DNA of 64,000 nucleotides from a virus, in the IMG/VR virus record IMGVR_UViG_3300045988_103705. One strand, written 5' to 3'. Made by a program: the position numbers and the translations under genes. The notes beneath the pieces are model-generated. The model was given only the letters and a program-made list of their open reading frames with translations. It ran no database searches and was not told the origin of the DNA. This document shows, piece by piece, positions 41,946 through 51,465 of this stretch. Each line of letters begins with the position of its first letter. Within the stretch, counting starts at the first letter, position 1.

Positions 41946-42428
41946 TCATTTCATTTTAACCCATTCTTTATTTCTAGCTTTTTTATCGAGTAAGGTAGAC
42001 AAATCCGCAGGTTTCTTCATATGACGGTCATCTCCATCGCGGAATTCGTCCCAACCGAGCAGGAGATACTTCAGATGCTCAGGAGCATCATCAGGGAAAA
42101 TATCGGTAGAAGCGATATACCAACCAATCCCTACGGCATATCTAGCTACGGACTCCCGCAGCCAATCTTCGTCAGCAGCCTTATTCCCACGAATTACAAG
42201 AATAGGCCCATTGTCAAAGCCGCGAGCATGCTTTAGACCATCATAGCCTTTATCGGTATCAACAATCTTCTTACCGTAGGCTTTTGCATATTCTGCATCA
42301 CTGTAGTAGCGAACATCTCGATGATTCTTAGTATTTGGATGCTCTACGGTAACATAATATTTACCATTTTTAATGAAAGGCTCTTCAGTAATGCGCTTAT
42401 AGGACTGAAAACTAGGTGCAACAGGCAT
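41946..42428 (-). CDS. hypothetical protein
   Basis: 160 aa. Confidence 0.35.
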   Translation of the reverse strand: MPVAPSFQSYKRITEEPFIKNGKYYVTVEHPNTKNHRDVRYYSDAEYAKAYGKKIVDTDKGYDGLKHARGFDNGPILVIRGNKAADEDWLRESVARYAVGIGWYIASTDIFPDDAPEHLKYLLLGWDEFRDGDDRHMKKPADLSTLLDKKARNKEWVKMK

Positions 42429-42441
42429 GATTTAAACCTCC

Positions 42442-42663
42442 TTAGATAGTTTTCCGAATTTCGTCAATTACTTCTTTGCTCATGATAAGACAACCTTCAC
42501 ATTCCCAAGGCTTAACCTTTAGAGAAACAATATCTCTTTCGCCGAAAAATTCAACAATGTTATCTACGGATTCACTAAAATCATCGCCATAGGTAACTCC
42601 ACGATAAGTGACAATATCATCATCTTCCCAAACTTCAACCTTATACTCAAAATAATTCTTCAT
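42442..42663 (-). CDS. hypothetical protein
   Basis: 73 aa. Confidence 0.3.
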   Translation of the reverse strand: MKNYFEYKVEVWEDDDIVTYRGVTYGDDFSESVDNIVEFFGERDIVSLKVKPWECEGCLIMSKEVIDEIRKTI

Positions 42664-42742
42664 ACTTTTTATCTCCTTTCCTCATCTTCTATAAATATTA
42701 TATCATTATTTTTTATTTTTTGCAAAAGAAAAAGAGCCTCCA

Positions 42743-42994
42743 TTAAGGAAGCTCTTCTCCAAGAAAATTTACTTTATTGTAGCCGAAATCAAGAGCATAA
42801 GATTCATCATCCCAAAAATCTCTTGGATCAGCAACTGGATCCCAGCTAAGAGTAGAAAGATAATTATCGTAAGCGGCATTCTCCCAGAAAGAAAGGACTA
42901 GTTCTTGGGCTTCTGCCTCAGACTTTACAGCAACTAAATTTTTAGGTAAGTCTTCAAAATCAGGCCAAAAGTAGACTACATAGAGTTTTTTCAT
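42743..42994 (-). CDS. hypothetical protein
   Basis: 83 aa. Confidence 0.3.
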   Translation of the reverse strand: MKKLYVVYFWPDFEDLPKNLVAVKSEAEAQELVLSFWENAAYDNYLSTLSWDPVADPRDFWDDESYALDFGYNKVNFLGEELP

Positions 42995-43022
42995 AGAGAA
43001 TCATTCCTTTCTTTAAAGCGCT

Positions 43023-43925
43023 TTATACCTGAGTTTCCGCGAAGTTAAAGAGGTTTCCGAAGGGGTTAGAACCGTTGGTCATCATATTGAGCATAAAGAG
43101 CTTGCCCATATCCATATTCTCAAACATGGAACCTTCACCATTACTGTCGCCAAGAACTGCGCTAGCAATCATCATGGGCATGATATTACCAAACGGCTGA
43201 TCGGAAGAGGGTGCACTACCACCAAAGTTTACAAGACTTACAATCTTGGTAACGAAATTGAAGCCAAAGGGATTGGTAGTAGGAATGATGCTCTTGATTT
43301 CAGAATCAAGAATGTCGATAACTTCAATATTGGTATTATCAATAGAAGTCACGAACATAGGCTTGTGCTTGTGGATAATCATATCGCCAACCTTGATGTC
43401 TTTTACAGCAACCGGCATACGATAAATCATACCTTTGAAATCAAAGGTAAAGCCGGTAACATCAATGGTCTGCGCGGTTGCAGGGTTGTAGGTATAAAAT
43501 TCTCCCTTAGAGTTGCACACAGCAAGACCATAAGGAGAAAAAGCGACTCCGTCGTTCATGGGGCCAAAATCAAAATTGAGGTTAAGGCCTCTGCGGGAAG
43601 TGTGGTCAGTAGTCTTCTTATTCTCGGTCTTAGGTACATCCATGTTAGAATTAGTGTCAACCATATGAATAGTCCTTTCTTTAACAACATAAGCGAATCC
43701 ATCAGTTACAGGGATCGCGCTAGTAATATCAGTTCGGGTGTCAGTTAAATAGAGCATAGAGTTTTTATCTGTAATCTCTATTTTGACTATATAATCGGTA
43801 CTAGTATTACTTAGTTTCTTTAGGGTTCTCCACGAATCATACGAAATTTTATTATAACCGAATTTAACTTTTTCGGCGTATTCGGTAAGGATAAGATTTA
43901 TAAGATTTGAATTGAGGATATACAT
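43023..43925 (-). CDS. hypothetical protein (possible structural protein)
   Basis: 300 aa. Confidence 0.35.
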   Translation of the reverse strand: MYILNSNLINLILTEYAEKVKFGYNKISYDSWRTLKKLSNTSTDYIVKIEITDKNSMLYLTDTRTDITSAIPVTDGFAYVVKERTIHMVDTNSNMDVPKTENKKTTDHTSRRGLNLNFDFGPMNDGVAFSPYGLAVCNSKGEFYTYNPATAQTIDVTGFTFDFKGMIYRMPVAVKDIKVGDMIIHKHKPMFVTSIDNTNIEVIDILDSEIKSIIPTTNPFGFNFVTKIVSLVNFGGSAPSSDQPFGNIMPMMIASAVLGDSNGEGSMFENMDMGKLFMLNMMTNGSNPFGNLFNFAETQV

Positions 43926-43928
43926 ATC

Positions 43929-44465
43929 TTATACCTTCAGTCTCTTGTTGAGTTCAGCAATTAGCTCCTCGTTAGTAAAGTCACTAAGAGATTTCCCATT
44001 TTTATCAAGAATGAAAGCCGGCGCCAGCCCGTCGCTGAAGTTGCAGGAGTTGAAGTTCGCAGATCCACCGCTGTAGACACTGCAAACGTAGGTCGAGGCC
44101 CAATTATCCTTTTCAGGGCTTCCCCAAGAAGTAACAAGCCAGAACGAATCCTTGATATGAGGGGTTAGAATATGATTATACTTTCGATATTCATCGAAGG
44201 TAAGTGGTGCAACAGTGGTGTTTAGCGAACCATATCCTTTATATCCATCCATTGCAGTCAGGTCGACATTGCGCGGAATAGCCTTGATGTCAGTTTTCTT
44301 AAGCCAAGCCTCAGCGCCCTTCCGCAATGTACTCTCTTTATAGTTATTAGAATTTCCAAAAACAAAATCAATTCCTACTTCAAGTGCAATTACGAAGGGG
44401 TTACCATCAATTTCGTCAAGAACAAGGCACTTTACTCCATTTACAGTAATAGTCTTTCCAATCAT
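43929..44465 (-). CDS. hypothetical protein
   Basis: likely starts at MIGKTITV after AAAGGAAG; the longer track start overlaps the upstream gene. Confidence 0.35.
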   Translation of the reverse strand: MIGKTITVNGVKCLVLDEIDGNPFVIALEVGIDFVFGNSNNYKESTLRKGAEAWLKKTDIKAIPRNVDLTAMDGYKGYGSLNTTVAPLTFDEYRKYNHILTPHIKDSFWLVTSWGSPEKDNWASTYVCSVYSGGSANFNSCNFSDGLAPAFILDKNGKSLSDFTNEELIAELNKRLKV

Positions 44466-44676
44466 ATTTCTCTTCCTTTCTTTAATTAGAATACTCTTCA
44501 ACCATTTGAGAAAGCATATCAATTTCATCATCTGTTATGTTATCAAAAAAGATACCGTATTTTGCGCAGATTTGAGCTTGCTGAGATGGATCGTTCATAG
44601 TCCATGGCTTTGAAGCTAATTCTCGAGCAGCCAGTTCAAAAGCGCCAGTGTATGCGAGAAATGACATATCCATATT

Positions 44677-45111
44677 TTACACCTCCTCTACAGAATCAAA
44701 TTCATGAATTAAGATTGCTCCATCACTGATTTTTTCTGCGCAAACAATGTGTTTAATTTCATATTTATTTTCATCGGGACAGTAAACAATATGTCCACTT
44801 TTTAGCAAGGAAAGAAAGTCACTTTGATAGTAAGTACGACCTCCGAACTCGTTGCAAATTTTAAGGCGAATTTTATATCCTTCATCAACAGAATAGAGAT
44901 CTCTTACATTATTATCTACTTCGCATAACCGCCAAGTTGGGTCTCCATTATTAATGCTGACCCCAAGAACCGGAATAGGACTATAAGTTTCTTGAATAGC
45001 GAAGAATTTAGCTCTTTTGAGTTGGTCTGTATCAGAAAAGCCGAGGAACTCGCAGATTCTTACAGTGGAGTTCTTATATCCTTCTGATTTAATCAGTTCA
45101 CTAATCTTCAT
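44677..45111 (-). CDS. hypothetical protein
   Basis: 144 aa. Confidence 0.35.
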   Translation of the reverse strand: MKISELIKSEGYKNSTVRICEFLGFSDTDQLKRAKFFAIQETYSPIPVLGVSINNGDPTWRLCEVDNNVRDLYSVDEGYKIRLKICNEFGGRTYYQSDFLSLLKSGHIVYCPDENKYEIKHIVCAEKISDGAILIHEFDSVEEV

Positions 45112-45200
45112 AACTTTTACTTCCTTTCCTTAACTTTCTATATATATTATATAATAATTTTATAAAAAAATAAAGACGCTCTTAAAAGAGCGTCTTTATT

Positions 45201-45707
45201 TTACTCAAGGTCGATTACATAATTCTCTTGGATAAATGAATCTTCTGGAATATAGATGGTATACTCGGTAGACCAGGGTCCAAGCAGGAAATTCAAAACT
45301 GGGTTTTTAAAACGGATTTTGTTTTCTTTTATGTATGGGGCATCATCTGTATTCTTAATATAGGACTGATCTGCCTCAATAGATTTGGCGGTTATACCTT
45401 TATCTGTTTGATACAGGAATGAGTAATAGAGCCCATCTTCTGTATAATAACGGCCTACGTAAGAACTAAAATTATCACTCAAAGCAGTAATAGAATATGT
45501 TTGAGTGGTTTTCGCAGAATAGGTTGCAGGTTCAACAAAAATAACAATACCACAAATTATAATCGCAAATAAGAAAGCGATAAATGCTGAAAGTACAACT
45601 CCGAGAATTGTAGAGAATAGATATTCTGCAAAAGAGTCACAGTCTTTATATAATACTATAAGAGATGTAACCATGAGTAATATAAAGAATCCAATAGCTA
45701 ATGGCAT
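45201..45707 (-). CDS. membrane protein
   Basis: two N-terminal TM helices. Confidence 0.4.
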   Translation of the reverse strand: MPLAIGFFILLMVTSLIVLYKDCDSFAEYLFSTILGVVLSAFIAFLFAIIICGIVIFVEPATYSAKTTQTYSITALSDNFSSYVGRYYTEDGLYYSFLYQTDKGITAKSIEADQSYIKNTDDAPYIKENKIRFKNPVLNFLLGPWSTEYTIYIPEDSFIQENYVIDLE

Positions 45708-45872
45708 AAGTAAAACCTCTTTTCTTATTTATATAAATATATTACCATATTTTATTAAGATACGCAAGTAAATCTTATGGATTATAACGAACCGTCATAA
45801 TTTCTCACGGATGCGGGAATTTTTTAGACAGAAAAATTGGCAATCCCGCAGGAATTTTAATAAAATGGTCAT

Positions 45873-45995
45873 AGAGGCATTTTTGTCCAAAATTTTCTAC
45901 GAGTGTCCAAAAATTTCTAATAAAATGTCCAATTTTTTCTAATAAGTTGTCCAGAAATTTCTAATGGTTGGTCTAAAATCTGATATTGTGGACAT
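45873..45995. repeat. iteron array: five direct repeats of about 24 bp, TGTCCAAAAATTTCTAATAAAA
   Basis: tgtccaaaattttctac / tgtccaaaaatttctaataaaa / tgtccaattttttctaataag / ttgtccagaaatttctaatgg / ttggtctaaaatctgatattg, then the inverted repeat TGTGGACA; directly upstream of the RHH gene. Confidence 0.7.
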
Positions 45996-46089
45996 AGTAT
46001 AATTGTAATAAAAAAATATTAAAAAAGTTGGACAACCGCAATTAATTATGTTATAATAAAAGTAAAGATATAGTAGAGAGGTGATTTAT

Positions 46090-46228
46090 ATGGCTTAGAT
46101 AGCAGCTCGTATTTCTGAGGAAGAAAAACAAGAGTTAGAAAAGTATTGTAGAGAGCACGATATTAAATTGTCATAGCTTATTAGATGGGCTATAAAAGAA
46201 TATATTGAGAAAAATAAAGTAGACTAAA
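46090..46228 (+). CDS. ribbon-helix-helix (CopG/Arc-like) DNA-binding protein, TAG-recoded; frame continuity across the A-run at 46138-46143 needs checking
   Basis: GAGAGGTGA Shine-Dalgarno plus ATG. A one-base frame adjustment in the A-run gives MAQIAARISEEEKQELEKYCREHDIKLSQLIRWAIKEYIEKNKVD. This has the full ribbon-helix-helix pattern and uses two TAG as Gln. Confidence 0.4.
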
Positions 46229-46254
46229 GGAGATTAAACTAAATGACTAATGAT

Positions 46255-46464
46255 ACTTATAAAGTTTTTACAGTAAAGTTAGCACGCAAACTCTGTGATC
46301 TTGGTTTTATTATTGTTGGAACTGTTCCTAATGTTTAGAAACCTTGGTTAAATGTTTATCTTTTTGAAGATAGTTAGGATTTAAGGGATGCAGTTTAGAA
46401 GTATAAAGGGATAAGTTCGCTATTGGAGGATGATTGCCATGGCAGACAAAAGAAGAAGTCCTAA
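46255..46464 (+). CDS. hypothetical protein, TAG-recoded; start region unresolved
   Basis: frame KVFTVKLARKLCDLGFIIVGTVPNV(Q)KPWLNVYLFEDS(Q)DLRDAV(Q)KYKG... ends TAA at 46462-46464; the nearby ATG at 46244 may need a 1-nt frame adjustment. Confidence 0.3.
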
Positions 46465-46828
46465 TTAGCGAACTATTAATCATATTCATAAGGAACCATG
46501 TGATACTAATAATATATATGCTAGGATTAATAAGGAAGCGTTATTTGCGGCCCGTAGAGAGTTGACAGATGGAGAGTTTTCTTTGTGGATATTTTTTGCT
46601 AGTCAATCTGAGAAGTTAATTGATTATGATTTTGGGCCTACTATTATAGAAAAAGAGCTTGGTATAAAGAGAGCGAAATATACAAGTGCAATAGATGGAT
46701 TGGTAAAAAAGGGATATTTAGTTCCAGTTGAGAGAAAAGGATATTACGATTTTTACGAGATTCCTATTGATAGTGACGACGACAAGTATAATTATATAGC
46801 TCCAAACGGAGAGAAATTTTCTTTTTAA
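46439..46828 (+). CDS. winged-helix protein (replication-initiator or regulator-like), one in-frame TAG
   Basis: GGAGGA plus ATG at 46439; TAG at 46466-46468; ...IEKELGIKRAKYTSAIDGLVKKGYLV winged-helix segment; the track ORF 46562..46828 is its C-terminal part. Confidence 0.45.
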
Positions 46829-46837
46829 TCGTATTTC

Positions 46838-47100
46838 TGCAATACTATGAAAAATTTCATGTATTTCTGAGAATACTATGATTTCATCATATTGTGAAAA
46901 AGCTATGAAATTTTCATGTATTTGTTGGAAAGCGATGAAATTGTTTTCATGGTATTCTGATAATACTATGAAATTAAATAAAAAGGATTTTCATAGCTTT
47001 CCAACAATACCATGTCATAGTATTCTGACAATACCATGAAAGTAAATAAAAATCCATTTCATGGTATTCTGACAATACAACAAATATAACATATATTAGA
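46838..47100. repeat. second iteron array (TTTCATGGTATTCTGACAATAC-type repeats; ATGAAA/TTTCAT inverted motifs)
   Basis: at least seven partly inverted copies of aatactatgaaa / tttcatggtattctga(c/t)aatac in 260 bp of AT-rich ORF-free sequence. Confidence 0.65.
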
Positions 47101-47173
47101 TAACAGAGTTAAGATAACAGTCGCGACTTTTTTTATGTATTTGTGAAAAAGCGATGAGTAGGAGGATTAAGGC

Positions 47174-47593
47174 ATGGAAGTATTTAAACCGATTAAGGTA
47201 GAAAATTATCAATTCATGAAGAATGGATTAAATTAGTATGAACCAGTATTAGTTTACTTTAAAGATGATGAAGAAGAAGGCAAGGTATATTTTGTAAAGA
47301 ATAAATTTGATGATAAGTTAGAAGAATGGATGGAAGAGAATTTAAAGGTAGAAGGAAGAAGTAGAGTTATAGTAGATAAGTATCATAATAGGATAAGTAT
47401 AGATGTTTTTACTCAAGATTTAGAGGACTCTATAACCGATTTAGAAAAACGAATTGAAAAGTTAGAAGAAGGTTTTAGAGAAATCGAATTGAAAAATCGA
47501 GATAAAAATGGAGAGATATATGATTTGGTTGGAAGGATAAGAGAGATAAATAGAACTGGATAGAGATGTAGATTATCTTTATATGAAGATTGA
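47174..47593 (+). CDS. hypothetical coiled-coil protein, TAG-recoded
   Basis: GGAGGA plus ATG at 47174; TAG at 47237 and 47561 read through to TGA at 47591. Confidence 0.45.
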
Positions 47594-47726
47594 AAGAAAT
47601 TAAAGGAAATTAAAAGAAGTTTATAAAATGATGGAGTTGGGTGCCGATCGGGTCTAGGTACGAACCATCACAACACTCGTCACAACGATCGTAAACCTAG
47701 CCTTCCGCAATTATAATATATAAAAA

Positions 47727-47760
47727 AGGAGAGAAGCTACAATACTTCTCTCCTTTAATC
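47727..47760. terminator. bidirectional hairpin terminator
   Basis: aaaaaaggagagaagctacaatacttctctcctttaatcttttt. Confidence 0.6.
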
Positions 47761-47772
47761 TTTTTCCTCTTG

Positions 47773-48228
47773 TTACTTTAGATGCTTCAAAAACTCCATA
47801 ATATTATCTTCATCAGACCGAGTATTACCCTTAATCTGAGACATACTCTTCGCGAGAGTATCAGAAATAGAATCAACAGCAATGTCAATTACTTCATCAA
47901 GACTCTCTGCATTAACAACCTTAGCGGAAGTCTTAGCAGTTACAGTCATAGCCTGCATAAACTGCTCAATATCCTTAGCTGTCCACTTAGGATTGCTCTT
48001 GCTATAAACCAACGCAGCCACACGGCCAACGTCATCCTCAGTAAGAGACAAGTCATCAACATTTTCATAGAAAGTAGACTCAATCTCATCCAGAAGATTA
48101 TCTCGCTCATGGTCTGCGGCGTTAGCCTCGGAGATTCTATTCATGGCATCAGTAAATGCCTTTGCAATCTCCTCCTGAGTAGAACCATTCTGCATTGCAT
48201 CACGAATCATAATCTCATAACTATTCAT
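47773..48228 (-). CDS. hypothetical protein
   Basis: 151 aa acidic. Confidence 0.4.
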   Translation of the reverse strand: MNSYEIMIRDAMQNGSTQEEIAKAFTDAMNRISEANAADHERDNLLDEIESTFYENVDDLSLTEDDVGRVAALVYSKSNPKWTAKDIEQFMQAMTVTAKTSAKVVNAESLDEVIDIAVDSISDTLAKSMSQIKGNTRSDEDNIMEFLKHLK

Positions 48229-48327
48229 AATAAGTTCTTTTAGTTAGAAAAGCGTTATGATGCTTCTTAAACTAAAATCCTCCTTTTCTTTATCTTATGT
48301 ATATATTATATTATATTTTTTATATAT

Positions 48328-48960
48328 TGTCGAACCGATCGGGTCTAGATAAAAAGATCGCTTTAACGGAATCCCGCGGAAAAGATTTTTACTTTTTAAA
48401 TTGTTAGCAACATCTTTGCTATTGTTTGCTGTATCTTTAATAGTTTTAATTCTGTGAATATCAAGAAATTTTGAGAAAAACGAGGCATTTTTTGCTTATT
48501 TTTAAGTAAATTTGTTAGAAAAACGCGTATTTTTGCAAGATTTTAGAGGTTTTTCGTTATATTTTGCGATAACAAGAGGTAAAATAATGCGGACCGATCG
48601 GTTTATCTAGCTAAAATCTCTATTTTTGAGCTATTTTTATCATAAAATCGTGTTAAACCGATCGGTTCCGCGAAAGAAAACTCTGGTCGTATTTGTTTTT
48701 CATAGCTATATCTTTGCTATTGCTAGTTGTATCTTAGAAAGTTTTGGTGCTATGAATACTTGACAATTTTAAGATTTTTATTATAAAAATTTGGACGAGA
48801 GAGCCAATATTGTCGAACCGATCGGGTTTAGATAAAGGAAGAAGTAAAGTAGGGCCGATCGGTGTTTGGGAGAGGGCGTTATGAATTTTGGGAAAATCGC
48901 TATGAAGTTGCGTTATGGCCAAGTTGCTATGAAAATTTGCGCTATGGTCCGATCGGGGAA
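48328..48960. repeat. cluster of CCGATCGG palindromes in an ORF-free region
   Basis: accgatcgggtctag (48330), ccgatcggt (48597), accgatcggt (48662), accgatcgggt (48817), gccgatcggt (48853), tccgatcggg (48950); one more at 47642. Confidence 0.6.
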
Positions 48961-49039
48961 ACTCGGGCCGAGTCGCCCGCGACCGGCCCGTCGAGTTTAG
49001 GAAATATGAAATAAAAGAGAGGCCGAAGCCTCTCTTTTC

Positions 49040-49291
49040 TTAATCCTCGTTTTCTAAATTGATTTCTCCTATACAGTTACACCGTATCGGAGATTCAAGA
49101 ACAAATTCATCTCCATATCCAACGATAGTTATTTCTCCATACTTTTTACAATACTCGTCTATCTTTTCGATTAGACTATTCCAATCTTTCTCTTGCGCTT
49201 TTTGTTTTCTAAGTGCCACTTCTTTATAGGCGGTAGCACTCAACCATTGCAACTCCTCGTCATTCAGTTTGTTGAAATCAATATCAACCAT
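49040..49291 (-). CDS. hypothetical protein
   Basis: 83 aa. Confidence 0.35.
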   Translation of the reverse strand: MVDIDFNKLNDEELQWLSATAYKEVALRKQKAQEKDWNSLIEKIDEYCKKYGEITIVGYGDEFVLESPIRCNCIGEINLENED

Positions 49292-49308
49292 CTAAAAATC
49301 TCCTTTCT

Positions 49309-49797
49309 TTAATGAAAAATCTCAGCCGGAATTTCACTAAAAACTTGCTTAAATTGCTCCATAGTCAGTTCTCTTGCCGCTCTCTCGACCCTTTCTTTTG
49401 CCCAGTCGCAAACCATTTCACAAGAAATAAATTTAATTTCATACCCGGTAATGGCGTAGATTTTAGGCGACCACTCAAATCTTTTTGTATCAGCCATATT
49501 TCCAGTTAAAATCATATATTCGCCGGTGGCTTGATTTTCTTCTGACTGTTCAACCCAACATTGAACTATATTTTCAACATAGTTTTTCCCCGTTTTAACC
49601 GCTTCTTTTTCGGTTCGAGCATTGATTAAAAAGGTAGAAAGCATAATATCATCACGAAATGATACCGTAAATTTATAAGGCTTCTTAGAGAAGATACCCT
49701 TGCGACCTTCACACCAAAAGGTAACTTGAAAATTAACACGAAATTGTTTCAGACTTTCCATTTCTTTTATCTCCTTTCCATGGTTAAATGATACCAC
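49309..49797 (-). CDS. hypothetical protein
   Basis: 162 aa. Confidence 0.4.
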   Translation of the reverse strand: MVSFNHGKEIKEMESLKQFRVNFQVTFWCEGRKGIFSKKPYKFTVSFRDDIMLSTFLINARTEKEAVKTGKNYVENIVQCWVEQSEENQATGEYMILTGNMADTKRFEWSPKIYAITGYEIKFISCEMVCDWAKERVERAARELTMEQFKQVFSEIPAEIFH

Positions 49798-49825
49798 ATT
49801 TTTGGGAGAAAGTCAAGCTGTCAAG

Positions 49826-49856
49826 TTGCACAAATTTTCAATTCAAAATTGTTGAA
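49826..49856. promoter_or_regulatory. palindromic operator, copy 1 (TTGCACAA-N15-TTGTTGAA)
   Basis: followed by GC hairpin ccgcggcgcacgcaagcggcccgcc at 49868-49905. Confidence 0.55.
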
Positions 49857-49951
49857 AATGACAATAGAAGAAAAAATCGGACCGCGGCGCACGCAAGCGG
49901 CCCGCCCAAAATTTTGCGTAAAAAAATCTCCCCATAAGGGGAGATTTTTCT

Positions 49952-50302
49952 TTAATTGAGAATTATCGGGTATGCCTTGCGAATAACCACCGTAACCATG
50001 GCCGGGGGAGTGTCGCACAAGAAACGGTCATTTCTGATAAAACGACCAATTCCCATACTCTGCCACAAAGTTCGGTTTACATCCTCGTATCGTAGGGTAT
50101 TATACTTGGAAAGTTTGATATGCCAATCATAGATAAAGGAACCATCTTCCGGCATGGTGTAATCTGGCGCCCGCTTATAATTTCTCGTATGTTCTGCGGC
50201 TCTGCGCTCAAGGTCATTTGTCGTACCAATCTTGAGAATATAGCGCCCCTTTTTGTCGATATAATGTCCGACATATAGGAACTCTTTTCCCCTTGTCTGC
50301 AA
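49952..50302 (-). CDS. GIY-YIG-like (T5orf172/Bro-N-type) domain protein
   Basis: FLYVGHYIDKKGRYILKIGTTNDLERRAAEH. Confidence 0.5.
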   Translation of the reverse strand: MQTRGKEFLYVGHYIDKKGRYILKIGTTNDLERRAAEHTRNYKRAPDYTMPEDGSFIYDWHIKLSKYNTLRYEDVNRTLWQSMGIGRFIRNDRFLCDTPPAMVTVVIRKAYPIILN

Positions 50303-50358
50303 ACTAACTATAACTTGCCTCTTTTCTGGTAGGGCCGGGGTAGGCCGACCCTACCCCG

Positions 50359-50676
50359 TTATTTCTTCGGCTTACGCTTTTGCACAAGCGTCAACTCGAA
50401 ACTATCCCCACCAATAGAAAACGCAATCTGTCTTTCCTTATTAGTAATAGACAAATCAGCGATAGAGAATTGACTGTTTTTTTCCAAAAACTCTGCCAAT
50501 TCCGCGATTATACCGCCTTTCGTGGCGTTTGGCTTGCGTTGCCGTGTAGTGAACTTATATGCGGTTGGCTGTTTGCGCGTTCCAGCATGGGCAAACTTTT
50601 GAGCGATTTTCGCCTTTTCTGGCGGTAAATCGTATTCAGTCTTTTTATCAGCCTCTACCGCTTTATCATAGGCCAA
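50359..50676 (-). CDS. hypothetical basic protein
   Basis: 105 aa. Confidence 0.35.
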   Translation of the reverse strand: MAYDKAVEADKKTEYDLPPEKAKIAQKFAHAGTRKQPTAYKFTTRQRKPNATKGGIIAELAEFLEKNSQFSIADLSITNKERQIAFSIGGDSFELTLVQKRKPKK

Positions 50677-50814
50677 TAAATCTGCCTCCTCTTCCGGCGT
50701 TAATTGCAGGGCTTTATACCTTGCAATCCGTTCAGCGTCACTAATACGACTGGATATAATATCACCCCCATATTATAAGTTAGGGCGGGGATTTTCACCC
50801 CGCCCTATACGGGG

Positions 50815-51225
50815 TTACGCCATCTTAAAAAGGGACTTGCCCTTCTTTTCCGTGCAGACCACTCGACCATCGAGTTTCAACTGCCGCACAAGGGCGGCGA
50901 CCTTCTGGTTAGAATAGGCCGTCAGATCAGGAATAGCCTTAAAAATTTCCGTGCAGGTCACGCCATCGGTATCGGCATCCAGATCAGCCAGATACTCCAT
51001 AATCTGCTCCTTAAAATTCTCGTTCTCCTGCTGGGTGGGAGTCAGCTTCTTGTCACCGCTAGAGCTATTCTTCTTACGCAGAAGCTCCAGCTCATGGTCA
51101 ATGACAGTAATAGCCACCTCGATGGTAGTGCCATACTTTACCTCGCCGTCAGTCAAGAGGGCCTTAATGTCCTCAAAACGCTGGGCCTTAGTAATGCGGA
51201 TTTTCTTCTCGTCCATAATATACAT
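50815..51225 (-). CDS. hypothetical protein (possible winged-helix)
   Basis: 136 aa. Confidence 0.35.
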   Translation of the reverse strand: MYIMDEKKIRITKAQRFEDIKALLTDGEVKYGTTIEVAITVIDHELELLRKKNSSSGDKKLTPTQQENENFKEQIMEYLADLDADTDGVTCTEIFKAIPDLTAYSNQKVAALVRQLKLDGRVVCTEKKGKSLFKMA

Positions 51226-51264
51226 CCTTTCTGGTTTTTAGGACTGTCCTTGTCCTTTGATTAT

Positions 51265-51293
51265 ATTGTACCACACTATTTGGTACTTGTCAA
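51265..51293 (-). promoter_or_regulatory. sigma-70-type promoter TTGACA-N17-TACAAT
   Basis: minus-strand CCTCTTGACAagtaccaaatagtgtggTACAAT, about 40 nt upstream of the ATG at 51225. Confidence 0.6.
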
Positions 51294-51436
51294 GAGGTTT
51301 TTCAAACTTTTTTCAAGAACTTTTGCCCTTTACTTGTTTGCCCTCTCAACCTCCCTTATAGTGTAACACACTTTGGAAAGTTTGTCAAGCCCTTTTTGTT
51401 TAATTTTCAAGGTACATTGCCTTGTTTTCTGTACTT

Positions 51437-51465
51437 ATTATAGCACATCTTCAAAGGCTTGTCAA
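51437..51465 (-). promoter_or_regulatory. sigma-70 consensus promoter TTGACA-N17-TATAAT (tandem, no adjacent ORF)
   Basis: minus-strand CCTCTTGACAagcctttgaagatgtgcTATAAT. Confidence 0.55.

Noticed and set aside
46244-46261. ATG at 46244 as the start of a 5-codon ORF (ATG ACT AAT GAT ACT TAA)
   Set aside because: It is too short. The protein-like frame begins one nucleotide out of phase, so this is treated as a probable indel or start-mapping problem rather than a gene.
46838-47100. CRISPR array
   Set aside because: The repeats are AT-rich, imperfect, partly inverted and of variable spacing (iteron-like). There are no uniform spacers and no cas genes.
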